Source: Octopus sinensis (lineage: Eukaryota). From it: a stretch of 64,000 nucleotides of DNA. A model generated the notes under the pieces. It was not told the origin of the DNA, did not search any database, and was given only the letters and a program-made list of their open reading frames with translations. The translations under genes were made by a program, and so were the position numbers. Positions 1 through 12,710 of the stretch are shown in pieces (the stretch's first letter is position 1; each line of letters starts with the position of its first letter). The stretch spans positions 1-64,000 of the forward strand of contig NW_021832718.1 in assembly GCF_006345805.1 (NCBI RefSeq), in the 5' to 3' direction.

Positions 1-727
1 GGGAGATTTCTCCCTATTTCTAGCAGTCAAACTAAACCTGTAGTTTTGTCCATCAGTCAATAAAGTGACTGACTTGACTGTTGTTAAGGTTTAGTTCTAG
101 TCTGGACCCACATTGCACATGTATATATGCAGTGCTTATCATGACTATCGGAATGTATTTCATTTTGGTTGGTGTACAGTACTGATGATTGCAGTGAATA
201 CAAGCAAACAGAATTGGCCATTATGGCTCACTTTGATTCCTCAGGGACTATTAGAAACTTTTTTCTTTTTAATGATTAAGAAGGACAGTATCCATTATTG
301 ATTTCAGGAACCCATGTAACTGAAGGGAAGAGGTTTTCCTGAAATCAGAGCAGAAGAGCAAACTCTGTTGACGGTTCCCCAAGGATCATGTAGTTGTGTT
401 AAGGATTAAGTCTACCGTCATCACCAAGAATGACCCCTTTAATGGGATCCATATAGTTTCCAAATACCAGTTTTTATTCCAGAAGCTCTGATTGACCTAA
501 GGGTAAGATAGAAAACACTTGTCCAAGGTGCTGCACAGCAGGATCAAACTCAAAACCACTTAGTTACAAAGCAAACTTAACTTCCACAGCCATACTTAAC
601 TGAACAGATCCAGTTGTTATTTTTAGCAGGTCAAGCAACTGGTATTCACTTATTGAATCAAGTGGGATTGCTTGTGGATATGTATTATGTGAGTTGTGTT
701 TGTGTGTATTAAGAATAATCTTAGATA

Positions 728-1340
728 ACTTGTGTACCCGTACCGTCAAAAATGACAGCATGAAAATGATACAGATAATAAAATCAAAATAAAAACATTA
801 CAACCTTTATCTCAGTAATTGCTTCAGCACTACGTTTCTAGTGAAAACCCTACCAGCAATGAGTTTGCCTTGTTTTGGATGGTTCGTTTAATTCTTCCAT
901 TCTTCTCATTGATTTCTCTCCTTTATGCTGCTTCCTCTTCTGTTTCATCATCGTCTTTGTGATGCTTTCATTCTTAGATATTCTCTTCTCACTGCTGCTT
1001 GCTCTTCTGTTTCATCTCGGCACTTTTGTGCCACTCTCCCTCTTTTTGGATATCTCTCCTTTGTGCAATTAGGTGCTCCTTTTCATTTTGACATCTTCAA
1101 GCCTGTCTTCTTGCATTTTGCACTCATCTCTCTTGTCTCACTTCTCGTGATTGATTTAATAACCTTAATGTATTGTTTAATCTTCTTGCATCCAGTTCTT
1201 CCTGAGTGAGACTGGCTGTTCTTCACCTTTGTCTCTCTCTCTGGCTAACCATCGCCTTCTATCAGATTCATTCTCCATAGCAGGTGGATAAATATATTTA
1301 ATACAACAGATTACAAACTTCAAAACAAATGAGTATATTT
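728..1340 (-). mobile_element. Degenerate non-autonomous Helitron-like element with decayed charged-repeat coding sequence
   Basis: The minus strand ends with the hairpin-like gtcatttttgacggtacgggtacac-AAGT (Helitron-style 3' end). Internal minus-strand text decays around repeats such as ETEEQAAVRRE / ETEEEAA, reminiscent of RepHel N-termini. Confidence 0.4.
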
Positions 1341-1617
1341 GTGTGCGTGTGTGTATGTACGTTAATTTGTTTATATTTCTATACACAACCATACAAAGTA
1401 TAAAATTACACAGGATTATATTAATGGCATACACAGAGACTTTTTTTTTCCAAGCAAGATCTACACATTCTCTATCTCTGTCTCTTTCACACTCTTACCA
1501 CCTTAGCAAAATTCTTCATTCATAAATATTTACAAACATCACTGTATCGGCAAGTATTTGTAAATATTTATAATTACCTTCCTTTTCTATTTAGCTTTCT
1601 TTAAACAGACAATATTA

Positions 1618-3105
1618 TGTAGTGAGATGGTGTAGCAAAAAATGCTGAGGTAGCAAATAAAATAGGCATGTGGATGACATCAAAGTAAAACAATGGGAAA
1701 GCATCGGATTGTGTTTTAAATAATTTATTTACTCAACACTTGCATTTACTTCTTGGATACACCAAAAAATTGGTCGTCTAATAGGCGGGCGTGAAGAAGC
1801 GGACGTCCAGAGGCGGGCGAAGGCGGACAAAGGCGAGCTTCAAAAGGCGGGCGAAGGCGGGCAAACGCGGGCGTCAACGGGCGGGCGAACGCAGCGTCTG
1901 AAAGGCGGGCGGTTCGGCGGCGGAAATTCGAGGACGCGCCGGCCGTGTAGAATCGATCTTGCACCGGCAAACGGGGAGCTAACCGTCGTCAGAAAAGGAG
2001 CTACGAGGACATCCCTCCGAGACGCTAACCTATGCCGATCAACCACAACCCTACATATTAGTCTGGACCCCCTTGGGGTGCGACGGTCACCTAGAGGCGT
2101 GACTATCCAGCCGGGGCCGATCCGTTGCTTACGGTCCGAGCACCTCCTTAACTCACGGGTCGGACCACGTCGCTGTTTTTACCCGGTGCATATCGCCACG
2201 CACTCCCGGCGACTGACGGCATCGATCGCGCCTACGTCCACGTGTACGTGGGCGAGAGCGCCAGCTTCGCTCAAGCCGCACTTCAGCCTCGCGGTAGCGC
2301 GGCGGAGGCGCGGGCGAAGGCAGGCGCAGGCCCGCTGCTACCGGCAGCGGCCGCAGTTTGTCATCTTTCGGGAATTTACGAGACGGACCACGTCGCCGTA
2401 TCGAACGCCTGTACCTCGCAACATCGGTCGCGGCTAGGTCCACGCGTACGTGGCCGACACCGCCCGCTTAGTTTCGTGCTTTCGATTTCACGCACGGTTC
2501 GGCGGCGGAGACGCGGGCGAACGGCACAGGCCTTGCACAGGCCTGCCGCTACATCGCGCTAGCCGCAGTTTGTCATCTGTCGTATGTCTGACTGTATTTA
2601 TAGTTGTCATGACAGCTAGAAGGACAGACATACTTTTTCTTTACTACCCATAAGGGGTTAAACACAGAGAGGACAAACAAGGATAGACAAACGGATTAAG
2701 TCGATTATATCGACCCCAATGCGTAACTGGTACTTATTTAATCGACCCTGAAAGGATGAAAGGCAAAGTCGACTTCGGCGGAATTTGAACTTAGAACGTA
2801 GCGGCAGATGAAATACCACTAAGCATTTTGCCTGGCGTGCTAATGTTTCTGCCAGCTCACCGCCAGACATACCACAAGAGTAATTTCTACCAATGTAGGT
2901 CACCTCCTGTCCACTTGAAGCTTAAATGACACAGCTCAGGTCATAGGTTGAAGGGAAACCCATTCATCACTTTTTGACAGGACAAAGAAATTTCTTTCAC
3001 ACCTGTTTGGCTAGTGGAGGATCAGATGAGTGAGAATCCTTAGATTTGATTTCAAATCTCAGCTTGGAAAAAAGGATGTGGGTACATCACATCCAGCCCA
3101 CTACA
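1618..3105. mobile_element. LTR-like / TIR-like CpG-rich element of uncertain class, containing a SINE insertion
   Basis: Begins TGTAGTG at 1618. One candidate end is CACTACA at 3105 with 4-bp TSD ATTA (1614-1617 / 3106-3109). An alternative end is CTACA at 2055 with 5-bp TSD TATTA. The interior 1780-2580 is strongly GC/CpG-rich. Confidence 0.45.
2633..2863 (-). mobile_element. tRNA-derived SINE with Nin/Deu-like core
   Basis: Minus strand GGCGGTGAGCTGGCAGAA...GTTCAAATTCCGCC...GTCGACTTTGCCTTTCATCCTTTCAGGGTCGATTAAATAAGTACCAG. Flanked by the direct repeat AGACATAC on both sides (TSD). Confidence 0.85.
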
Positions 3106-3926
3106 ATTATCAAGCTTTCTTTCAATAGACAATATTTTAATTTTATGACTTAAAAATTACTACATATTTACTTATCTTATATTCTATTAACTTTGCAGTT
3201 TTTTAAACAAAAAAAATCTTCCAGAAAAGTCAAACATCCATAGAGACACAAAAAATATAATTTTGAGGTGCAAAAATCTTATTTACTTATCTTATATATT
3301 GTTGTTAATGTTTATCAGAAAAAATCAGTGTTCATTGAATAAAAATGAAAATGTTGCTGAGAGAGAGAAAGAGAGTGAGTGAAAAGAGTGAGAGACAAAG
3401 AGAGAGTGTGTGTGCGCATTTGTAAATAGAAAGTGAGAGAAAGAGCGAGGCAGTGTTCATCAATAAAGTGAAAAGGCTTTTGTTCAGAGAGAGAAAGAGA
3501 GAGGGAGAGGGCGAGAGGTGTTTGATACCAATCCCTCTCTCATTGTTATTACCATTTTGTCTCTTCCCTTTTTTTTACTCTTACTTATGCTGACGTCTAC
3601 TCTCTTGTTGCATGATTTTGGACAAACTTACAAACAAGCTCATTATTATGATAGATATCTTATGAATATGAAAACTTCCTAACTAATAGACATGTAGGAT
3701 AACCTTCGAATTTCCATCCACAAGTTATTATTATTATTATATTTATCCTTAGCTGAAAGGAGTTCCACCTGTATAACCATTCCACTGGGAGATGAGACTG
3801 ACAGGTGGTAGCTGACAACAAGAAGCATAGGAGCTTTTAAGAGAACATTCTGAGGCTTTTGCTCAAAACAAACTAAACAGATGGATATACAGGGGTTGGA
3901 CAAAATAATGGAAACACCTAGCATCA

Positions 3927-4406
3927 ACATCATCATCGTTTAACGTCCGCTTTCCATGCTAGCATGTGTTGGATGATTTGACTGAGGTCTTGCGAACCAG
4001 ATGGCTGCACCAGACTCCAATCTGATCTGGCAGAGTTTCTACAGCTGGATGCCCTTCCTAATGCTAACCACTCCGAGAGTGTAGTGGGTGCTTTTACGTG
4101 CCACCGGCACGAGGGCCAGTCAGGCGGTACTGGCATTGGCCACGCTCAACAGGTACTTTTTATGTGCCACCTGCACAGGAGCCAGTCCAGCAGCATTGGC
4201 AAGAACCTCGTTTGAATGTTTTTTCGTGTGCCACCAGGGCAAATGCCAGTAAGGCGACGTAGGTAACGATCATGCTCAAATGGTGCATTTTATGTGCCAT
4301 CGGCACAGAGGCCTGCTTGTTGCTCTGGCAATGATCACGCTCGTATGGTACTCTCAGCGCTCCACTAGCATGGATGCCAGTCATTGAATTTAATTTTGAT
4401 TTCGAA
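3927..4406 (-). mobile_element. RTE LINE 3' fragment inserted in the Tc1
   Basis: (CAT)n tail and 3' UTR identical in style to the other RTE copies. TSD TAGCATCA at 3919-3926 and 4407-4414. Confidence 0.85.
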
Positions 4407-4556
4407 TAGCATCATAATTTTGAAATATCTATAAAACTGTCAAAAGCTTGTTTATTTTTATGTTTCTTGATTTATTATTAGTATTGCTTAATGTTTTGCT
4501 AAAATTGCCGTTTCTTTTCAGATATCATCATAAAAAGGTAATTAAAATTCATTAAA

Positions 4557-5585
4557 ATGACAGATCTATCGGACTTTCAAAGAGGTCAAATTGTTGGTGC
4601 TCATATGGCAGGCACTAGTGTAATGAAAACAGCCGAAATGTTTGGTGTATCAAGAAGTACTATCACGAAAGTAATGACAGTCTTTGAGAAAGAGGGAAAA
4701 ATCTCGTCAAAACAAAACTCTGGAAGAAAACGAAAACTTTCAGATGGGGACCATCGAACTCTTATGTGAATTGTTAGAAAGGATCACAACAGTACAGCTC
4801 CCAAAATTACTGCAGAGCTTAATGACCACCTCGAGAACCCAGTTTCCACAAAAACTGTTCACCAGGAGCTGCATGAAACTGGATTTCATGGGAGGGCTGC
4901 AATCAGAAAACTACTACTTTCAAAAACAAACATTGCAAAGCATTTAGAGTGGAGTAAAAACCTACAGAATTGGTCCCTAGAGCAGTAGAAGAATGTTATT
5001 TTCTCAGACAAGTCATCCTTTATCTTATTTCCAACCACCAGTCAAGTATATGTGTGGAGACAGCCAAAAGAAGCATTTGACCCAGACTACCTTCTTCCAA
5101 CTGTTAAACATGGAGGAGGATCTGTGATGACCTGGGGGTCTATATCTTGGAAATCCGCTGGCCCAATGGTTTCTCTTCAAGGCAGAATTAATAGTCAAGA
5201 TTATTTAAGCATTTTATCTGATCAAATTCATCCTATGGTTGTGGAACTGTTTCTTGAGGGAAACGCAATCTTTCAGGATGATAATGAACCAATTCACACA
5301 GCTAAAATTATTACTGAATGGCATGAGGAAAATTCTAGTGAAGTTGAACATCTTATCTGGCTACCACAGTCCCCAGATCTCAATATTATTGAACATTTAT
5401 GGTGCATTTTAGAAAAAACAAGTAAGGAGTTGATATCCTAACCATCATCACTACAAGGACTTGAGACTGATTTAGCTGAAGAATGGACAAAAATTCCTTT
5501 GGAAACAAATCAAAATTTGTATGAGTCCATACCTCGTAGAATTCAAGCTGTAATTACTGCCAAAAGCAGTCCTACCCCATATTAA
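4557..5585 (+). pseudogene. Tc1 transposase pseudogene
   Basis: HTH start MTDLSDFQRGQIVGA. Catalytic motifs TVKHGGGSVMTWG, FQDDNEPIH and WLPQSPDLNIIEHLW are present. Split over ORFs 4557-4769, 4684-4947 and 5052-5441 by frameshifts and a TAG stop near 4987. Confidence 0.9.
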
Positions 5586-6059
5586 AATAAATTTCTTTGA
5601 AATTTTAAGATGTTTCCATTATTTTGTCCAACCCCTGTATATAAGTATGTATATTCTTACATATAGCAATAGCAACACTATATACTTTTCTCCTTATTTT
5701 ACAACTCTGTCTTGGTACTCTACCACTGTTCCTAGACATATTTTAATTTTGAATTGTATCTAATTTCAATTCACCCTATTTCATTACAAGCTATATGTTT
5801 ATTCAAAACTAAATATTTAATAAATATCCCAACCAAATTTTGGTTTCTTCCTTAATTTTAAGTTTCTACTCTAACTCTTTAAGGCACACCCTACCCCTTA
5901 CTAACTTCTTCCCTCTTTTTCTCCCTTTCTGTTATGTCTCTGCATGTCACATTCTAAGGTCAGCAGAATACTTCTGCTAGCTTACTTTCCACCCTTCTGT
6001 TTTTTTTGTGAAAGGAATGAGTTCCTTTGTTCAGGTGCTCCATTTGCTATAAAAATCTG

Positions 6060-6960
6060 CTGAATGGAGGGCTGGGCATGCTGTGGCTACTGATGTACAA
6101 ACATGTGCTGAAGTTATGGCATCTCCAGTACTTCCTTGATGGTGAGAAGGTATGGTCATAGTTTTTCAGATGGGATTTTCCGCAGTTTGTCTCTTTGACT
6201 GAGCTGCAGTCTTGGATCAAGCATAAACAGAGTGTTGTCAGGTGCTCACAGTCCTCTGTCAATCAGGAAAAGCAGTCAGTGGAAGATCTACTCCGGCCTT
6301 CTATAGAGGGTTAGTGGCAGGCAAGTACAATGATGTTCTCGGGGAGATTCTGGGCGTTGGTGAGAATCAACTGGTCGGTCTGTTTCAAGTTTTTGGGCCA
6401 GGGCCTACGGATAATTTCCAGAAATCCTTGACTTCGCAGTACTACCAGGGGGTAACTGGCAGGACTTCCAAGCGAAAGGAAGGAAGGTGGCAGGATTGTC
6501 TTTCTTTGCTCGGTAGCCTTAGCAAATGAGGTTATGTGGTGAACCATATTGAAAGGGCTGAAGACAGACACTTTCCTCTTTGGCCAAGCCTTCAACTTCT
6601 TAAGCTTAACTTGAAATGGAAAGTGAGGGTGGAAAGGGAAGTGCTGCTTCCCCATAATTTTACTAAAAGGTGGGTGAATGTTGCAAGAATGGTCCAAGTG
6701 AATGGTCCAACTAAGCATGCACCTGTTAGTTGAAGGAGGACAATGTAAAGAGAGCACTTGTCCTAGTGGTCAGCACAATCCTGGTTTTTGTGGGATCTCC
6801 ACAAGCAGCCCTAAGAAGTCTCCTTCTTTTGGGGAATTATTCATTGTTATAATTTACATTGAGATTGTTTTATTTTTTACATGCCTTTTATCTAACCCCA
6901 CATTGTATTGTCCTGTACTGTCCCCAATGTTTTTGTGAACCCTTAGTGGTTAATGAACAT
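6060..6960 (+). mobile_element. L1/Tx1-type LINE 3' fragment (degenerate ORF2 C-terminus)
   Basis: Plus-strand peptides GKYNDVLGEILGV...FGPGPTDNFQKSL and KWKVRVEREVL...FTKRWVNVARMVQVNGPT resemble Tx1 ORF2 C-termini. Followed by a 3' UTR and an (ATT)n tail. Confidence 0.6.
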
Positions 6961-7058
6961 TATCATTATTCATATTATTGTTATTGCCATTATTTATAAT
7001 ACTAGTATTACTGTCTTTATTATTATTAATAGTGGTATTATTATTATTATTATTATTA

Positions 7059-7094
<36 letters not shown>

Positions 7095-7100
7095 CGTTGT

Positions 7101-7305
7101 TAAGGCAGAGAGCTAGCAGAATCATTAGCATGCCAGGCAAAATGCTTAGTGGTATCTCTTCCTGCCTTACAGTCTGAGTTCAAATTCCGCCCCGGTCGAC
7201 TCTGTCTTCCATCCTATTGGGGTTGATAAAATAAGTACCAGTCACACACTGGGGTCAATGTAATCAACTAGACCCCTACCCAAAATTTCAGGCCTTGTAG
7301 AAAGG
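7101..7305 (+). mobile_element. Nin/Deu-like tRNA SINE
   Basis: AAGGCAGAGAGCTAGCAGAA...GTTCAAATTCCGCC...CCATCCTATTGGGGTTGATAAAATAAGTACCAG. Confidence 0.75.
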
Positions 7306-7382
7306 ATTATTATCATTGCTATTGTCATTATTTATAATACTAGTATTATTGTCTTTATTATTAATAGTATCATTATTATTAT

Positions 7383-7560
7383 CAAGGCAGTGAGCTGGCA
7401 GAATCGTTAGCATGCCAGGCAAAATGCTTTGTGTCTTTACATTCTGAGTTCAAATTCCATCAAGGTTGACTTTGCCTTTCATCCTTTCGAGGTCAATAAA
7501 TTAAGTACCAGTGAAACATTGGGATCAATATAATCAACTAGTCCATTCCCCCATAATTTA
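7383..7560 (+). mobile_element. Nin/Deu-like tRNA SINE, second tandem copy
   Basis: Same head and core (GACTTTGCCTTTCATCCTTTCGAGGTCAATAAATTAAGTACCAG). Preceded by the same tataatactagtatt flank as the 7101 copy. Confidence 0.75.
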
Positions 7561-8224
7561 GTAGTAAGGATTATCCTTTTCCTATTATTAGTATTGCTAT
7601 TGTTTTTAATTTCATCCTTCTTTCCCTTTTAGCCTTTTTAATTTTGTCGCTTGTACTAAACTGAAATGATATTTCACCCATCAATTGTAATTTGATACTG
7701 GCGTCTGTCGGTTTACTTGTAATTGTAAACACTAACTCACTTCTACCATTCAACTATTTGTTTAGCTTTCTCTTTCTTCTGCTTCTACCAATTCTCCATC
7801 TTTAACTTCTTAATGTTCTTGTCCTCTTTCGTCATCATTTTTTTCTTTCATCTCCTAACCATGCTTTTATTTACTTTTTGTTTCTTCCTGATATAAGCAA
7901 AATGCAAAGTCTGGCAGACACACCATGTAAAAGTGCACATTTGATAAAGGTCTGAGAAAGTGCTACTCTAATGTCTAAGATCACAAATATTACATAAATT
8001 TTCACTTTGAACTTTTGCATAAACTGGCATTCAAAGCAGAGTTGGTACAGAAAAGAGTTGGTACTGATCATTAAAGATGTGTCAAAGTCTTTCTTTCTCT
8101 TATTTGGATTATATATCATTATCATTTAACATCCATTTGTCCATGCCAATGTGTTGGACAGCTCAACAGGAGCTGGCAAGCCAGAGGACTACACAAAGCC
8201 TCACTGTCTGTTTTGGCATGGTTT

Positions 8225-8638
8225 TGTAACAGGATCTGGTATCGGTATCACTGAAAGGGTGTCGATCCGATCCTGTCACATACAATTTAGTAAGATATAA
8301 CAGACGAAGTCAGGTTATCGGTGAAAGACAGCAGTTTGTTTATTAATTGCGATGGTGTACGTATATCTGATGGGAAAACGACAGCCGAATCTGTTGTACA
8401 GCTTCTTGTTCGTTGGTTGAAGTGGTTCGATGTCGTCCGCGGCTAAGTCGGTGTAATTATTAGAGTCTACGAATGCACGTCTGTTCACGAGGGCTGACGG
8501 CCAGAGAGAATGAATCGAGTTTAGCGGGCCTTAGGGATCATTTCCCGCACATGCGCATGGGGAAGACTTCCGGTGGCCACCCGGAAGTAGTCCCATTCTG
8601 CGCATGCGCGCTGAACCCTACACAGTAGCATCACTACA
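8225..8638 (-). mobile_element. Solo LTR of the same Gypsy family as the provirus at 39375-44715
   Basis: TGTAACAGGATCTGG...CATCACTACA, colinear with those LTRs. 4-bp TSD GTTT (8221-8224 / 8639-8642). It interrupts an RTE-tail-like short element that resumes at 8643. Confidence 0.9.
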
Positions 8639-9399
8639 GTTTTTACAGCTGGATGCCTTTCCTAATGCCAATCACTTTATAACGTGAACTGAATGCTTTT
8701 CACATGGCACCAGCACTGGTAAGGTCTACTTTGCATATGGCTTTTACAGCAGGATGCTCTTCCTAATGCCAACCACTTTACAATGTGGACAGAATGCTTT
8801 TTATGTGGCACCAACACCAGTGAGGTTACCAAGTAACTTGCAAGACAAAAGTCCTCTGAGAGGTGGGATGGTATTGAAGGATGTCCCTTTGTGCCTGGTG
8901 ATGAGGGATTAGAGTATAAAAGAGGGTCAGAAGCAGGTGTCTTGCTGTAGAAGAGATATATGGTTACCATTGTTGGAGAGAGAGAGATAGAGAGAGTAAT
9001 TGAGAATGAGGGAAAACAAGAGTGGAAGAGAACGAGATTGAGAGAGATGGTGGTGATATGCCAGGAGATACTCTTAAGGTATAGAGATGAGAATACAAAT
9101 TGGATGGTAGAGCATTGCTAAGGGTGCATGAGTAGAGAATTCATGAGAATGCAAAGCGGGGAGGGTGGAATGCAGCATCTAGTGAAACCTTGGTTATACA
9201 GAGTGGTTGGGTGGAGGGAAACAGGATCACAATGATACAGTGGGTGGGGCAGTGAGGACAGAACTGGGCTGCAGGAGTGAGGAAGAGGCGAAGGGGAGAT
9301 GTAGTTTCGTTTATTAGGGTAAGGTGTGTGAAAAGCTTTTTAATGTTACATATGGGTGTAACACAGTACTTCTAGAATTCAGTTTTGCTGAGGTGGGTG

Positions 9400-9700
9400 G
9401 GTCTTCTCAAGAACCTCATAAAACCAGACATCTCAGTCTGTGAAGCCTAACATCTTGTAATCAGTCCTCACTACTTCATCCCATGTCTTCTTCCATATTT
9501 GCCATCAACTTTAAATGATTGACACTTCTTTATCTCTATTACACTTTATTGTACATGCACATTTATGTTACATGTGCATTACAACATACTAGCTTCATTA
9601 CTCTCGAGTTTATGCATGTCTTCTGCATTTAGAGTCCCTGTCCCACTACAATGAAGTACAACCGTTCATACACAAGCATCATACAATCTGCTTTACATTA
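9400..9700 (-). mobile_element. Old degenerate RTE ORF 3' fragment
   Basis: Decayed similarity to the RKTWDEVV...LTKE and ASMLRWMCNVS segments of younger RTE copies in the window. Confidence 0.45.
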
Positions 9701-9715
9701 CACACACACATACAT

Positions 9716-9748
<33 letters not shown>

Positions 9749-10577
9749 AATAATCAAACATATTACTAAAAGAAATTTGGCAATGTGTTTAACACTTGTG
9801 ATTTGAAATGAAATTTTTCTCTCCATCATCATTTAACATCCATATCCCATGCTGGCAGGGGTTGGACAGTTTGACAGAAGTAGATATGCCAGAAGACTAT
9901 GCCAAACTCAAATGTCTGCTTTAGCATGATTTTTACAGCTTGATACCCTTTCTAATACCAGCCACTTTACAGTGTGTACAGGGTGCTTTCATGCAGCACT
10001 GACAGTGAAGTTTCTAGGTAACTCACAAGACAAGACCCCTAAATTGAGGGTGTGCAGTATTGAGGGAGATAAGAAGGCTTCCCGAAGGAAAAAAAAAAAA
10101 AACAGGGTATAGCTGGGTCTAATCTACTCCCAAATGATGGAAATCATTACTGCAATGTCTGCAACTGTAGAAAACAAGCCAAAAATGTAATATACAAGTG
10201 AGAGACATGGTATTCTGATTTGTCTAAGAGGACATAAATAAGAACTGACTCAGAGTTGGCTAACCCATCCAACCCACACAAGCATACAATTGACACTGGT
10301 GAGAATACAGTTTCTAAAATGGATAAAGAAATTCGAAGGATTGTTTTCATACAACAGTAGAATGCTTGTCATGTCTACAGGAGATGTGGGTTCGATTCAT
10401 AGGGGCAGCCTTTGATTTTTCCTATCAAAAAAGGGTTTTTCAACCCAATATTTATATGATATTACTTATAGTTTTAGGTGTACTTCAAGAACCAATTCCT
10501 AAAAAGAGTTATTCCATGTTATCTAGAAACTTTATAAATTCTTATGATGTCAACAATATTATATATATATATATATA

Positions 10578-11032
10578 TAAAATGATCAAAATAAAAACAT
10601 GATGCCAAGGATTCAGCGGTACATATGTTTCAGGCCTTTATTAGACAGATTTATAACAATGCATAATGTATGTCTGTGGCCTTCTTCAGCCGCGCACAAC
10701 AACTTCTTCCACAAGGACATGTGTTACATCAAAAATTCTTGGTTGGGGATGCAAATCCTCTCATTCGCGTATGACATAATGCAGCAACAGCATAACGAGA
10801 TGGACGCTTCACTTCTATGCTGTTGCCGCATTATGTCGTACGCGAATGAGAGGATTTGCATCCCCAACCAAGAATTTTTGATGTAACACATGTCCTTGTG
10901 GAAGAAGTTGTTGTGCGCGGCTGAAGAAGGCCACAGACATACATTATGCATTGTTATAAATCTGTCTAATAAAGGCCCGAAACATATGTACTGCTGAATC
11001 CTTGGCATCATGTTTTTATTTTGATCATTTTA
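10578..11032. repeat. Foldback / MITE-like near-perfect palindrome (about 217-bp arms, 21-bp spacer)
   Basis: 10578-10794 is the reverse complement of 10816-11032 with few mismatches. The mirrored ORFs 10599-10886(+) and 10724-11011(-) are artefacts of this. The left side abuts (TA)n. Confidence 0.9.
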
Positions 11033-11110
11033 CTCCCCCACCTACACCACCTAACGGTATATACAGGTGCTTACATTTATCAAGTACTCACCCCGAATTT
11101 CTGTACTCAA

Positions 11111-11147
<37 letters not shown>

Positions 11148-11362
11148 ACAATATTAGGGATTATATCCAAACTTGCAGGGAAAAGTTACTCATATTATAT
11201 TTATCTTTTTTTATACTTTTTGGTTATTAAAAAAAATATAAAAATTAAAATTTTATATTTTATATATATATATTATATTAATTATATTTATATTTTTTTG
11301 TTATTTATGTATTAGTTTATGTCTATCACTGCTTGAGTTGCCTAATAGTGGTTTTATCTCTA

Positions 11363-11398
<36 letters not shown>

Positions 11399-11402
<4 letters not shown>

Positions 11403-11700
11403 GGCATCCATAAAGTTAGTATATAGTTAGGCTGAAGAAAATATGACTACAGTTGCTGAGGTATATGTAAGAAGCCCAAAGAAATCAATTCACAGTGGTA
11501 GTTCAGAAATTGGTATCAAACAAACATCATTACATAAAATATTTACAAAACTCAATATGAAACTTTACATTCCGCGCCTAATTCATGGACTTCTGAAGGA
11601 TGATCCTGATCGCAAGTCTCAATTTTTTGAACAGTTTGTAAGTCAAGGAAACCAAGTTTGTAAATCAGAGGAAGCCAAGTATTGAAGATCTTCGGCAGTA
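11399..11700 (+). mobile_element. Tc1/mariner-superfamily transposase fragment (DUF4817/maT-rosa-like)
   Basis: TA-CAGGGCATCCATAAAG terminus after (TA)n. Peptide RSPKKSIHSGSSEIGI...KLYIPRLIHGLLKDDPDRK resembles RSPxKSxRxxSxELGI...HxLxEDDPDRR. Confidence 0.6.
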
Positions 11701-12524
11701 CATTATTACAGTAAGAGATAGATAGAATAAGTAACAGACTTAAAAATAAGAATTGGGGTCAATTTGATCCACTAAATTCTTGAAGGTGGTACCCCAGCAT
11801 GGTCACAATCCAATGACTGTAAAAGATAGCTATATTGATTATTTCCCTTACATAATTTTGTTCGGAGTGCTTCCATTGGTGCATCAACATCAGAGAAGAT
11901 ATGTTTAAGACAGGAAGTAAATCAGTGATAGTCAGTGTTACCATTTCTTTTGTTTTAGGGAGATAAGCACCACTGGCATAATCAATCAGGTTCTAGTTTA
12001 GCAAACCAAGAACACTTGATGATTGTTGGAAAATCAAACAAGTTGGATTAGTAATCTGACATTTTAAGAGGCCTACTTGAGAAGCCACTTAATTATATGG
12101 AATTAGAGAGTCATAATGATTCTTTCTACTAACGGTACTAGGCCTGAAATATTTTTAGGAGAGGGGGCTAGTCAATTACATCAACTCCAATCCTCAACTG
12201 GTAGTCATTTAATGATTTAGATGAAAGCACTATCAACTATAGCAACATTTGAACTCAAAACATAAAACTGGAAAAAACACAGCTAAGCATTTTGTCTGCC
12301 ACAATAACGATTCTGCCAGCTTGCTAGCACAATACCACCTATTTTGAGGGAGGACACTGGCTTCAATAAACTTCAATATATGTCTTCCGTTTATTTTACC
12401 GATTCTATAAAAACAAAAAGCCAAGACATTTCCAGTGTGATTTGAACTCAGTACCTAGAGTGATATAACTAATATTGCATGTTTGGTCAAAATAAATCTA
12501 TTTTACTGCAGTAACACTGATCCC

Positions 12525-12710
12525 AAGGACCAGTTGAAAAGTTCTTTGGCTAACCAAAAAACTCTCATGGAATGTGATCAAATGGGATTTATTTTTCAAC
12601 ATAGTCCTTCTTGTGGTCCACACACTTCTTCCATCAACATTGCAGTGTTTGGATCCCATTAGTGAAGAAGTGTAGCTCTTTATGTAGGGAGGGGGAGGGG
12701 AGAACAGGGA
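12525..12710. mobile_element. Mariner-like non-autonomous remnant
   Basis: gttgaaaagttctttggct...atttttcaacatagtcc...cacacacttcttccatc resembles mariner-type termini. Degenerate. Confidence 0.3.

Larger units (their letters stand above)
3890..5637 (+). mobile_element. Full-length but defective Tc1/mariner element (DD34E type) with intact TIRs
   Basis: TA-CAGGGGTTGGACAAAATAATGGAAACA at 3888-3916 and its perfect reverse complement TGTTTCCATTATTTTGTCCAACCCCTG-TA at 5611-5639. Confidence 0.95.

Noticed and set aside
564-700. Exon-like readings on both strands (GQATGIHLLNQVGLLVDMYY on +; AIPLDSISEYQLLDLLK... on -)
   Set aside because: No recognisable protein, not COMMD4 or MRPL9, and no partner exon.
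1746-2653. Arg/Pro/Ala-rich ORFs in the GC island
   Set aside because: Expected by-product of GC-rich repeats lacking stop codons. No domain motifs.
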